Shown here: in pieces, positions 35,390-47,352 of the stretch
Numbering within the stretch: the stretch's first letter is position 1
Layout of the letters: every line of letters starts with the position of its first letter
Origin: Gracilinanus agilis
Taxonomy: Eukaryota
NCBI RefSeq assembly: GCF_016433145.1
Contig: NC_058130.1
Location: forward strand, 4,154,107-4,218,106
DNA length: 64,000 bases
Reading direction: 5' to 3'
Made by a program: the position numbers and the translations under genes
The notes under the pieces: generated by a model
What the model saw: the letters and a program-made list of their open reading frames with translations, nothing else
What the model was told of the DNA's origin: nothing
The model's database searches: none

Positions 35390-38300
35390 TTCACCAATCC
35401 CTGCTTCAGCCTGGGCTGAGCCAGGGGTAGAAGGCAGTCTCTTCCTTCCCCTTCCAATGGACTGAAAACATCACAGAACCAAGGGAAAAGAAGCCATTCT
35501 GGAAGTAGCAGCCCCATTTCACAGAAAACCTCTGAGGTGATGTACTTGATGTCAGAATCCTCCAGACACCCACACTGAGGGAAGGCCGTGTAGCCCAGTG
35601 GAGAGAATGCTGCCTTCTGAGTCAGGAGACCCTGGTTCGAATTCTACTTCTGGCCTTTTTTAACTGGCCACCTTCGTTTGAGTAAGTTCCATCATCTCTT
35701 TAGGTCTCAGCTTTCTCTTCTGCACAACGAGAGCATCATGCCAGGGTGGGGGTGGAGTGCAGGGAGAGATCACAGACTGGGGCCCCTAGATCCCAAGATG
35801 TTCCTGGGTTGGCTTTCGGGGGTCTGTGGGCTAGGATGGGAAAACCACCACAGCATCATTTTCACTAACTTCCGACAGAAATGGAGCATTTCCTTTCAGG
35901 ATGAACGTAGAGGCCCAAACCTTATTGGGGCCTTCACGTGGCGGCCAAAGGGCCCATGATGCACGAGAAGGTGAAGGAGCTCGGACTAGAGGAACTCCCC
36001 GAGGGCTCTGCAGGTCTAAATCTGTGACTGTGTCCCCCTAAGGGAGGGCTCAGGCGAAGGGGATGCTCTCCAGGCTCCCCACGTCAGCAGCATTCTTCGA
36101 GTAGAAGAGCAAACTGCATTTAAAAAAATCCTCTCATTACGGTTTTCTTCAGAAGTCTACGGCGAGCAGCAAGCCTTCGGAAGGCTCCAGCCTCCTCTGA
36201 GTCGCTCAGCCCCCAGGAGTCGAGGAAAGGAGGAGGAAGCAATTCCCCGCCATAGTGCCGGGAGCCAGCTAATGACCGTGCGGTCACTCTGAGCCATTGA
36301 TTTCTCCATGTGGATGTTGAAATATTTTCCTCTGCTTTTTAATACAACTGGCTCCCCCCACCAGAGAATGAGACAGCCCAATACCACGGTCTGTGTGGCC
36401 ACTGCCTTGAGCCTACCCACCTCCTGCAAGCACAGGCTCAGATACACGGATCAGCCCATCATATTTTGCACGAGGAAATCAACCTTCCTCTAGTTAAAAA
36501 CATGCTTCTGCTCAGCTTGGATTTGGGATGTGCCTGCCCTCCCCCCCCCCCCCACAGCGTGATTCATTAGAGAAATGTTCTATTAGTGTGCCACCCCTCC
36601 TTCCCTCCCCCCACCATGCCTTGGCTTTGTGGGCTCCACATGAGTCACGGGCTCTGACTCACCACTCACTCTTATGACAAAGGGAACCTGCCCTCCCTCC
36701 CTTCTCCTTCCTTACCAACCATCCACCAGCTTCACTGGCAGCATTTAGTCACACCCAGGAGAAGCGACGGAAAGGAAGGGGAGGGCTGGCGCCACGACTG
36801 GTGCTAATTATTTTTTTAGCAAGTACCACTGTACATAATGTACCTTTCCTCTAACAACACAGAAAACACAGAGGTGCTTTGCGCCTGATTTGGAGAATAT
36901 TCTTCTAATCTGAGTAATGGGCCCGGCTTGTTTTACTCATTAATACATACAGAAAACAGAGGGCCGGGCAAAGCGGCCCAGTGTGCTTCGGCCACGCTGG
37001 GAGTCATGACAAATTCCCTGGTCACTGGCTCATTCTTTTCTTCTTGCTAATCGGGAAGCATGGCATTGTGGGTAGGGTCCTGGGCTTGGCATGGGAAAGC
37101 ACTGGATTCAAATCCCACCCCTGCCATTTGAGCCAAGAGGTCTGGTTGACCCAAGCGATACATTCGATTTCTAAATGCTTCTGGAAACCCAGCAGGACTT
37201 AGCCACGACGTCCCAGGAGGGTTATGATCTGCACGGGTGGAGGTATTTCCTACACTGGGAATTCCCCATCGTCGTGGCTAACGAAATCAATGACTTTGTA
37301 GCTATCTACATATTAAGCCAACCCCAAAGCCTGATCATTAATAGAACATTCGGCCACCTACATCAGTAGCTATGGAGGATGACGCTGCGTTTTTCGGGTG
37401 TGTGACGGTCACCAAGCAGAGAGGTGGCCTCCACAGGCCCCATTCAGGTTTCTCCTCCTGGCCTTGCTGGAGGAGTTCAGGCGCATCCCCAGTTTCATCA
37501 TTCCTTTAAAATACTGAAATGCATGGAAGCAGGCTTCTCTGCAGAGTGCTGCTCTGCTGGCAGCGGTTCTCTAACCCGAGGAGGCGCTGGCATGCTCCCT
37601 CCTGGTGGACACCCCCTTCTTGGCAGCCTTTCCCAGGGGAGCCAACCTCAGCTTGGATGAAAAATGGATAAAAATACTTGCCACCCACTTGGCTCCAAGA
37701 GACGTAGAGATGATTGATAATGTGCACAGCCTGGGCGAGAGGGGAGGGCTCAGAAGAGAAGCAAGGGAGCAGCACTGGCATCGCCAGGCTTGGGAGAAGA
37801 GGAGACATCTGTCCAAGGGAATGTCTGCTGGGCAAAAAGGAGGCAGCATTCAGCAGAGGAGCCCGACCGTAAGGCTTCAGCGCTGAAGAGGTTGGGAATG
37901 GAGCCTCTGGAGAGGCCACCAGATAATGGAGCCAAAGGCACAAGATCAGAGAGAAGCTTTCAAATGAGGAATGAATGCTATTTGGAGGGCAGGAAGCCAG
38001 AGGCTGTTCGGTCATAGAAAACATGGAAGGGGCAAAATGGCAGAAGGAGAGAGCTGAGATTCCTTGTGGGGTCCACAGAGACGGGTAGGGCTGGTCACCG
38101 GGCAGGCGGCAGCCTTCTAAGGAGGGAAGTCATGAGGAGATAAGAAAGGCAATTTTAGCAGCAGGATTTTTAATTAAATGGAAGGCACAGAGTTTGAGAG
38201 AAAGATTGATGAAAAGAGCCCAATAAACCAGAAGGGACGACAGCAAAACCTACAAGGACGGATCAGGTGGGAGGAGGGGTGCTGAGGGGGAAACAGCCAC

Positions 38301-39971
38301 AAGGATGGGGACTAAGTGGGGAAGGGGGGAAGGACAGGAAGGTTCCAGGAAAACTAAGATCTGAAGGTTGGACAAAGGATGTGCTAATGCATCTGCCTCT
38401 AGAACAAGAGATCTGCCACATTTGTGCATTTGCACACACACAATCCACTCCCCCTCCCCCACCCCCTCCTGTAGGAATCCTGGTCTTCTTCTGAGACTCC
38501 CTTTAGGAGCTCTGTCCTCTGCGGTCTCCTCTGATCCCAGATGCCCCAGTTCTTCAGTTCAGTCCCTCCTCCAGTTATTTGTATTTCTCTGTGCACACAC
38601 TGCCATCACCCCCCAGTGAGAACGGAAGCTTAATGAGGGCCAAGGCTGTGTTTTGGGTCTGGTACCTCCCCAGTGACACGCCACACCGTGCCAGGTACGA
38701 AGTGAGTGTCTGGTCCATTTGGGGGAGGTGAGTTAGGAAGCGCTGGGGCCTCGGATCTCGCTCATCTCAACGTGGAAACGATGCTGAGAAGCCAACGTGG
38801 TCACGTTGTCCGGGAAGCTGGGAGGATGTCCAGAGGAGAAGAATGGCGGAGCTCCACAGGACTTTGGGGAATCATCGGCGTTCTCTAGTGGAAATTACGG
38901 TGAGGGAAACAGGCAGGTAGCCGTCCCCAGGTCACTACGACCAGCACATGTCGGCAGGCTGACAGAGTATAAAAATATATTGGGCCGTTAAGTCGTAAAA
39001 GGAGATTTGCTTTATTACCTTTCCCAAGGGGACGCTGCCTGGGAGCCGGATGCAAATGACGGGGGACAGCTCTTCGGTCGGATTGGTTTGGGCACATTTG
39101 GAAGTCACTAGTCACGATCCAAAAGACAGACCCGGCCCGGATTTACTGGCTCTCTGCCCTGGCTTCTTGGGTAGAAGATGGCCCCCAAAGTCCTCAACAG
39201 AAACAAGCTCGGGTGGCGAGAGATCAGGAGCCTGAACACTGGCCAGGGCCTTGGGGCCAGATAATGAGGAAGTGACCGGGACAGGTCGCCATAAGTGGTG
39301 TCCAAGGCGGCCTGGCGGAAGATGAGAGGCGGAGGCCATGCCCAACTTAGTGACCGTCCGTGCTTCCTCCTCAGTCCTGACTCCTCGGCACCAGCTCGGA
39401 CCGGAAAAGGCTGCTCCCAGGCTTGCTCGGGCGGGGCCAGTCTTCCGTCTTCCAGCGGTAACCTGGCTTTGGCCTGCTCAAGCTTAGCCCCCTCCTCCAC
39501 CCCCACCTCAACCAAAAGCCCAAACGGAATGGAACGGGACAAAGCTGGAAGGCCCAATGCCAATACCCGCGAGCCTCCGTCCTCGCCTCAGAAATCAGAG
39601 GCCCCCCTCTCTGCCATGGAGAGGAAGGAGCACACGGCAGGGGGAAGCACCAGACTACTGGAAGAGAGAGAAATCCAAGAGGCCGTCAGGACGAGGTGAC
39701 CCACGAGGCAGACCGGTACAATGGCCAGAGAGCCAGACCTGGAACTCAAACGTGGCCTCAGTTGCGAACTCCGTGGAAAGCAAATCGCTTAACCTGTTCC
39801 TTAATCTCCTCTTACAGAAAACAGGGACACTAACAGCCCCCTCACAGGGGTGTTGTCAGGATCAAAGGTGGTAACGAGAAGCAACTCTTGTTTTATCAAG
39901 AGCAAAGTGACCCACTTAGAAGCAGCTACGGGGGCCGATTAGATCTTAGATCGTTCGTGCCCAGTTTCGTT

Positions 39972-40384
39972 TGTGATATAGAAACCTGGGAGTCCTCGAC
40001 CTAATTCTGAGGTCCCTCATCGAAACTTCCTGCGGCCATTTAGCACTCTTTCAAAGCTTCATCGCCCATGATTCCTCTGGCGCGGTGAGGTGGACGGGAA
40101 GTTTGATAACGTAGACGGAGCTATAGAGACTCGGGGCGGGACTGGAACGCTCTCCTTCTCCTGCTGAAGCAGTGTGGGGGGAAGGTACGGCGCGGCATTT
40201 GGGAGGGGACGTAGGCTTGAGACCACCACACCAGTGCAACTATCAACAATTTGGAAATGGGTCTTGGTCATCTGAACTAAATCCTAATAGGCACGTGGCT
40301 TCGTTCTCCTAAATGGCTTTCAATAAACCCTTTGAACCACGATCATTTTAATTCTGTCCCTCTATATTAATTTTATTTATTACA
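39972..40384 (+). mobile_element. Probable solo LTR (about 410 bp)
   Basis: TGTGAT...TTACA ends; gttt flanks both sides if the first T is shared; TATA-like gctataga at about 40100; AATAAA at 40322. Confidence 0.55.
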
Positions 40385-40711
40385 GTTTTGGCAAACCTTA
40401 GGGATTCTCCAATTCTTTCAAAGACTCACAGAATCTCGGAATGGATGGAATTGGACAAATAGACTAGTCTATCCACCCAGAGCGGAATTTCCCTTTCACA
40501 ACCCTTAGTGAATGATTCTCCAGCTGTGTTCTGCCATAGGGCCTTGTTGCCGTGGCTGTGTTCTCTCCCAAGAAGGTCACCAACTCCGGTCTTGGGGCCT
40601 TGGTGATCGTCAAAAGCTCTCATTCCAGCTGGTCTACAGCCACCTAACCATGCCCTTCCCAGCTTCCTGATGACACACTGGCATCCTCTTCCCTCCTGTT
40701 TTCCATTTCTT

Positions 40712-40898
40712 TTTCTTTTTTTAAACCCTTGTACTTCTGTGTATTGGCTCCTAGGTGTTAGATTGGTAAGGGTGGGCAACGGGGGTCAAGTGACTTGCCC
40801 AGGGTCACACAGCTGGGAAGTGTCTGAGGCTGAATTTGAACCCAGGACCTCCCGTCTCTAGGCCTGGCTCTCCATCCACTGAGCTACCCAGCTGCCCC
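40712..40898 (-). mobile_element. Full-length SINE1_Mdo-type SINE
   Basis: Perfect 15-bp TSD tgttttccatttctt (40697-40711 / 40899-40913). Confidence 0.93.
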
Positions 40899-41175
40899 TG
40901 TTTTCCATTTCTTGTACAAGGAAGAGTCATGAAAATGCTGCTATCCTTGTTTCCACAAAAGATGGAACAAGGGACTGACCCGATCTGCATGATCTCTCCT
41001 TGGAGCCGGCACTATCATTCCTTTGTATCTGCACCCCTCGAACACAACACCGTGTCCAGAACGTGGCAACTTCTTAAGAAATGGGTTTTTCGTTTATTCA
41101 TTCATTTGGCTTTTACTGATAAACTGGCTTTGACCTGGGCCAGCCTAACCAACCTGAGCAAGCTTGGACCCCTCC

Positions 41176-41321
41176 TGTAATATAAGAATAATACGGCCAT
41201 GTTTGCTTGGGGCAACCCGTCAGTTGCCCTGGCTGGAATGTTGACACTCGTAAAACCTCCACTTTTTCAGCCTCAGCCAGTTCCAACCAAGCAAACATGG
41301 CAGCATTATTCCTATATTACA
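41176..41321. mobile_element. Unclassified MITE: 146 bp, 35-bp TIRs, TGT..ACA termini, 4-bp TSD CTCC
   Basis: Left TIR tgtaatataagaataatacggccatgtttgcttgg versus reverse complement of the right TIR tgtaatataggaataatgctgccatgtttgcttgg: 32/35 identical, no gaps. ctcc at 41172-41175 and 41322-41325. Confidence 0.8.
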
Positions 41322-44300
41322 CTCCCCACCTTCCCACCGCAGCAAGAAGCCGATGGTAATGAAGTGGAACAAACTGGAAGGACCAATCCCCGTGTCCATT
41401 TGCCCACCTAAGCTCCAGGGGGCTGGAACCCCTCGCAGGCTCTTCCTGTTCTCCTCCTGAAATTAGGGGGCGTTCTTGAGACTTTTCCTCCCTAATCGAG
41501 ATAGAAGCCGCCTCTCTTTAGCAGCACTGCGCACTGTTCTGAGTCCTTCTTTGGGGGACAAGCAGAGCATGTCTAATCCTTCGTCCATGTGACAGTGCTG
41601 GGGATACTTGAAGGTCGCTGTCACGGGCCCCCAAATCTTCGCTTTTAGAATTTCAACACTTGCACTTACTGTGATGGCACACGCTTGCGGTCCTCCTGTG
41701 GGACAGCGCGGTGGAGCCAAAGCCTTCCTGAAACGTGGCACCACGAGACAGATGCAGTCTGAGCAGGAGCCCCAGAAACTCGCCTGCGGCTAGGAGCAGC
41801 CCAGGACCGCTCTGCTGTCTGCCTGCCACGTGACGTCATTCCCTCGGCACGACCTTGGAGGCTCCTCCTGGCCAGCTGCTCCCTACCGGCACCTTTTCCA
41901 GCCTGTACGCGCCTCGCTCTCGCTGATTTTGTCTCCCAGCGTTATCGGAGAATTAGGAGGCCCAAATTAAATTTATTTCAATTTAGTGTTTAAAGGAACA
42001 TGTGTCAGGATAATTGGGTTAGGATTGCATAAAACACATTCAAATGAAGAGCAGGGAGTTGCCAGTCCCAGAAGGCTGCGCATCCTCGATGATGGACTCT
42101 TAAGCTCGTTTGCTGGAGATCCTGAAGTGCGCTCGCTCTCGTCACCCTCAGTCATTTCCCAAATCATAAACCAGTCATTTCTCTGCCGGAGGACAAGATG
42201 ACATTTCCCTGTCCTCAAAAAAAGCATCTGTTAAGGGCCTTGATGAATAAAATGTAGGATCTCCAGCCAAAGCCCTCTTTTCTATGCTCCATGTTTCTCT
42301 TGCCTTCCTCCGTTTCCATCCCTAGAATGGACCCTCTTTTCTGCCATGGCTTGCTGACGTAGAGGACCTTGGTAGGTTCATAGAGGCGTAGCTTTAGAGA
42401 TGGAAGGGAATGTGGGGATCACTGAGGCCTTCTTTTTAGGCAGGACAAACTGGAGCCCAAAGAGAGGCAGTGACTCGTCCAAGCTCACACACTGAGTCGG
42501 TGGCAGCTGTGATGCTCTGACTCCTGCGTTGCTTCTTTACCTTTACTATGCCTACTTTTCTTCCGAGGCCCCATGCAAGGACGCCTCCTCTAGAAAGTTT
42601 CCTTTGTCTCTCTCTGCCCGTCCCTATCTCTGAGCACTTCCAGGCAGCAAATGGGATCAGGCACCTCCATCTTTCCCAGCACGCTTTTCTTGGACCGTTC
42701 ATTAGCGGCCGTCTCTGCCTCCCTGGTAGTTCTGTGCTTCACACGCAAGTCTCGCTTCCCTCCCATGATCTCTTCGTTTCTCTCTCCTCCAGGCCCACAG
42801 CAGAGAATCCTCGCCCTGTATTTTTAGAAGAGCAAACCTCATTGCTAGCGTGATCCAGCCATCTGGCGGCCCGGTTTATTAATGTTTCTTAAGACCAAGA
42901 AAGGATTCTTGGAGAAAGAAAACCCGAAGGGGAGGGTCATCGTTATTTGAAGTTGATGCCAAAGAGAACAAGGGTGGCACTTTGCGCCTCCCAGATCATG
43001 GCACTGTAGGACGGCTACTCATTAGCTTTATGGAACGAGCCATTCCAAGAATTCTAATTTTGGCAGAGGAACATAAAGGCCCCGGGCACGCCATTGCCAA
43101 GACCCGAAGGGCTTCTTTTTTCGCTCCTGCTTGGGCATTTCCATCTGAGATGCACCCGATGAACCAAGACGACACAGTGAACTGCTCACATCAAGATAAC
43201 GAATTTGCTAAGACTTACTATGTGCCACACACGCTGAGAAGCGCCCAGCTCTGCTACGACACAGAAATACTCGGTAGCAGGCTTTCCCCGCCAGGCAACA
43301 CGTCAAAGTAGGAAGTTTGCCTTTTGGACGGTTCCTCAGACATCAGCACCGTGGCCAGCGGTAGCCTGGCTCTAAGGAAGGAACTCGGCCAGTTCTACTC
43401 AAGGCTGGGCTGTAGTGTTCTGTGCCCAGCCATTGTGTATCCTGCGGAAATGGAGAAGGAAGAGCTTTACAGACGACTGCCATGGTGCCCTGGGGCAGCT
43501 TCAGGGGCTCGCAGAATGCCTAAAGTCCATGGGAGCCTCCCGGATTTAGGAAGACCGAGGCAGAATGATCTGGAATCCTGGGAACACTTGGGACATGGGA
43601 AGGAAGCCAGGGAAGATGAGCATTCTAGCTGCTCCCTCTCCTCATAGGGGACTCCCTGGCTAGGCATCAGCCCTCCCTGAGGAGGCAACAGCTTTCTTAT
43701 GTAGGTGAGTAGAGGGTCGTCATGATACGGCCATCTTGGGAGAGCACACAGCGTGTCTAGTGGCAGGTCAGTCTCCCCAGATATCGCATCACCCCTGCTC
43801 ATCTTTCCTCTGATTGCAAAAAGGCTCAATTGTCCTTCACAACCTCCCGAGCTCTGACCCCTTTTCTCTTCCTGGGATTGCAGGATTTAGAACTATCTAC
43901 GCCATTGTAAAGAGGAGGACCCTGATGGCCAGAGAGATAAGTGTCTTCCCTTGTGGTCATCCCCAACAGGGCCGTACTCTATCCCAGCTAACCGATAAAA
44001 GCCGGGCTCTCGTGGCCGAGGGCATACGAACAGGAGCCTTCCGGAGACAACGACTCCGCTAAGCGTGTGACTCGGCTTCTGTTCGTTTCAGAACTTTGGG
44101 CCGATACTCGAAGACTCGCAGGTCTGCCCATGTCTAAGCCGGGCCCTGCGCTGGAATCTCCATGGAGCTTGGCTGCGAAACTCCCAGAGAACCTCCCAAA
44201 GGTCCTCCTTTTTTGGACGGTTACTGTCTGGATCGCTTGAGGCCCCACAAATCTGTTTATGGCTCCAAAGAGTCAAAAAGAGTCTTTCTAGGCAAAGACA

Positions 44301-45292
44301 CGAGCCGGTGCCATTCTTCTCTCACCGGCGAGTACGACCCCGAGGATGTGGCCCAGCTTGGATGGTTCTGTAGCCCACAAAAAGGGAGCGAAGGAGGGCA
44401 GAACCACGGACGGTTCCCGAAGGGCACCCCCCCGCCCTGGGGTCTTCCTGCCAGCTGCCTGCCAAGAGAAACGCAGCAGCCTGGGACCAAAGATGAACTC
44501 GGGCGTGCTCCAAGCGAAAGCACTGAGAAAATGGCTTCTGAAGCTGGAAGCCCCAGAAGTGCGCAGCAGCCCGGCGCACGCCTTGAGTTCTTAGCAGCAT
44601 CCCCGCCTCAGCCCGTGGCACACCCAGCGCCCAGCAGGAAAAGGATGGCCTCGACGCTTCGAGATGCGCCTCTGTGCCCTGCCTGGGAGAAGAGCCTGCT
44701 GAGTCAGCAAGTCACGCGAGGCAGGACTCGGCGCTGCTTCTCCTTCATTCGGCGGCCAGGGGGAGGCCCTGGGCCAGACGCACGGCGAGCCGGGGATACC
44801 GAGGCAAAAACAAGACGGCGCCTTCCGTGGAAGCACTCTCGGGTTACGTAAGACGGCTGACAGCAGCTAAGAGGGACGCCCTGCTTTGGGAGGCTGGAGC
44901 CAGCGTCACACACGCCAGCTCGCACGAGCTCAGGCGCACGTTTCCCATTTTTCCACATTGGGGAACAGCGTGTGCTCAGGTGAACCAGCGCACGTAAATC
45001 GGGGTGTCCCGGGAGGGGGCCAGGCCAGGCTTCCCAGAGGAGACGGGCCTGAGCTGTGCAGCAAAGCAAGGCAAAGAGGAGCAAAGGACTGCGTGGAGAG
45101 CGTGGAGGTAGGAGGGGATGCCGCGACCAGGGACGGGTACGCAAGCTTGGCTGACAGGAGAGCAACGAGGCGGCCAGCAGGGGCTGGAGCCAGACGATGG
45201 CGGCCTGGAAGTGCTGCGAGGCAATGGAGAGGCACCAAAGGCTTCTCAGACGGAACACAGTTGGATTTGGAGCTTAGAAAGACTATTAGGTA

Positions 45293-45470
45293 GGGCAGGT
45301 AGATGGCTCAGGGGATAGAGAGCCAGGCCTGGAGATAGCAGGTCCTGGGTTCCAATCTGGCCTCGGACACCTCCTAGCTGTATGACCCTGGACAAGTCAC
45401 TTAACTCGAAATGCCTCGAAACCAGCACTTAGTATGGATTCTAAGACGGAAGGGAAGGGCCAAACCAACA
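45293..45470 (+). mobile_element. Marsupial core SINE (MAR1b/SINE1-like); similar copies at about 47365-47530 and 48475-48610
   Basis: gggcaggtagatggctcaggggatagagagccaggcctggagat...ctagctgtatgaccctggacaagtcacttaac...gattctaagacggaagg. Confidence 0.8.
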
Positions 45471-47149
45471 AACAGGGGCTCCTCGATAACTCGGGATGGA
45501 TCCCATTTGGAAGATCCTGGAGAGCCCTTGTCGGAGTCAAGGTGAGAGACGGGAAGGTCTGAACTAGGGAAGAAGCTATCGAGGATGGAGAAGGGGGTCT
45601 CTGTGGGAAGCGAAGCGGGGACGGAGCTGCCTCAATTTCGAGACCCGCCGGATGTGCCGGCTAGGGGAGAAGGAAGGGTCAGGACGATCCCAACACGAGT
45701 GGCCCGCGGGTGGAGCACTGCATGGCCTCTAGGGAAAAAGTGGGAGGCGTGGAGATGGCCAGGCTGTCGCGCAGAGGGAGAGAATTCCACTTTGGGGTAC
45801 GCTGAGTCGGAGATGAGAGAGCTGCAGGCAAGTGTCCCGTCCATGCAGGCCCAAAGCCCAGGACAAAGACCGGCCTGAATGCGCAGATTGGGGAGGTTTC
45901 GGCGCACGGGTGACGCCCGCTGAAGGAGCTCCCTGGGGAGCTGATGACGGGGAAGCAGGAAGAGGCAAGAGGGGCCAGAAGACCCAAGACATCCTCCAGA
46001 AAACATCTAGTCACCTGCTCTAGAGCACGGCCGACAGACTCCATCTCAATAAACCCTCGTGACGAGCACCGGACGAAGCCATCGGGAACGTCCGGACCGG
46101 GCAGGGAGCCCTCTGGGACAGCAGAGCGAGCATCGGCCGAGCTGTTTAACCCATCGTTAACCTTCCTCCAATTCCCCACATCTTCGACTGTAGCTGGGAG
46201 TGCACGGCTGGGGCGACTCTCTTCCCTCATGTTGGTCGCTCCTCTCTCACCCGCAGCCTGGTGAGGCTGTCTGGCCTCCTTTATTTGGCTGTGGGACACC
46301 CAGTCACACCTGCGATTTCCTCAGGGAAACGGGCTTCTTTTATCCATGGAAGGCAGCTCCGTCTCTGCAAATGACAGCCTTGGAGAGCTACTGGAGCCCT
46401 GAGAGGGGGCTAAATGACTTGTCCAAGGGCATGTGGCCAATGTGTGTCACAGATGGGTCTTCCTGATTCTGAGCCACCCTGCCATACTGTGCCTCGCACG
46501 GTCAGTACTTAATAAATTGTTATTGGAGTTGACTGAAGATGCACCAGAACTATCCAAGTTAGCCCGTCAAGATTTGAAAAGCCCCTTTGAAAATGCCCTT
46601 ATTTGAGCCTTCAACCAACCTTATGAGGAAGCAACCAGTGGTCTTATTGTCCCCATTTTAAAGACGAGGAGACCGAGGCCTAGGGGAGCGTGTGACTTCC
46701 ATCAGCTCACAGAGCTGGGCTCAAAATCCATGTCACCTTCCCCCTAAGCCAAGTGGCTTCTCCCATGATGGATGACGGATGAGGGGAAAGCGAGCTGCTC
46801 ACGGCCACACCTCGGTCAGGCGGCGAATCAAAGAAGCAGCCAAAAGTAGGGAAGCAAACCAAGCGGAACATTCGAGACAGAGGAAGGTGGGAAAAGCCTC
46901 CCTGGCGCCTTCAGGGCTCTGACCCTGCTTGTACCTTGAACATCCTCGCAGAGAAAGAACCACCAGAAAGACTCAAGTCCTCCCCTCCCCCGCAGCCCCA
47001 GAAGAGGCATTTGCTGGGCCACGTGGAGGAGGGGGCCTTATTCACAGACAATGAACCTTCCATAGGTGTGGCGGTGCTCCACTCTTCCTACTCATCTGCT
47101 GTCTGTCCCTGAGGCAGGGGCAGGAGCTCTAGAACCGGGGGAAAGAACC

Positions 47150-47352
47150 TCCAAGTCGCCAGAATTTCAGAGCAAGAAGGGGCCTCAGAGGCATTAGGTC
47201 CAACTGATCCCTGAGCTAGAAGCTCCTCCATGATGCCCCAACGAGCAGGCGCGCAGCTCGGCTTAAAGACTTCCAGGGTGGGAGAGCTCACGGCCTCCAA
47301 GGCAGCCCTTTCCACTGTGATGTAGCTCGAGTTGCTAGCAAGTTTTTCTTAA
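47150..47352 (-). mobile_element. L3/CR1 LINE 3' fragment
   Basis: gcttaaagacttccagggtgggagagctcacggcctccaaggcagccctttccac...caagtttttcttaac matches the antisense CR1 tail; it explains track ORF MERAALEAVSSPTLEVFK. Confidence 0.75.

Noticed and set aside
45950-46250. Faint similarity of ORF 45679..46299 (SAVPEGSLPGP) to the CR1/L2 RT motif GVPQGSVLGP
   Set aside because: Too weak to call by eye and the FADD motif is missing; needs a profile search.
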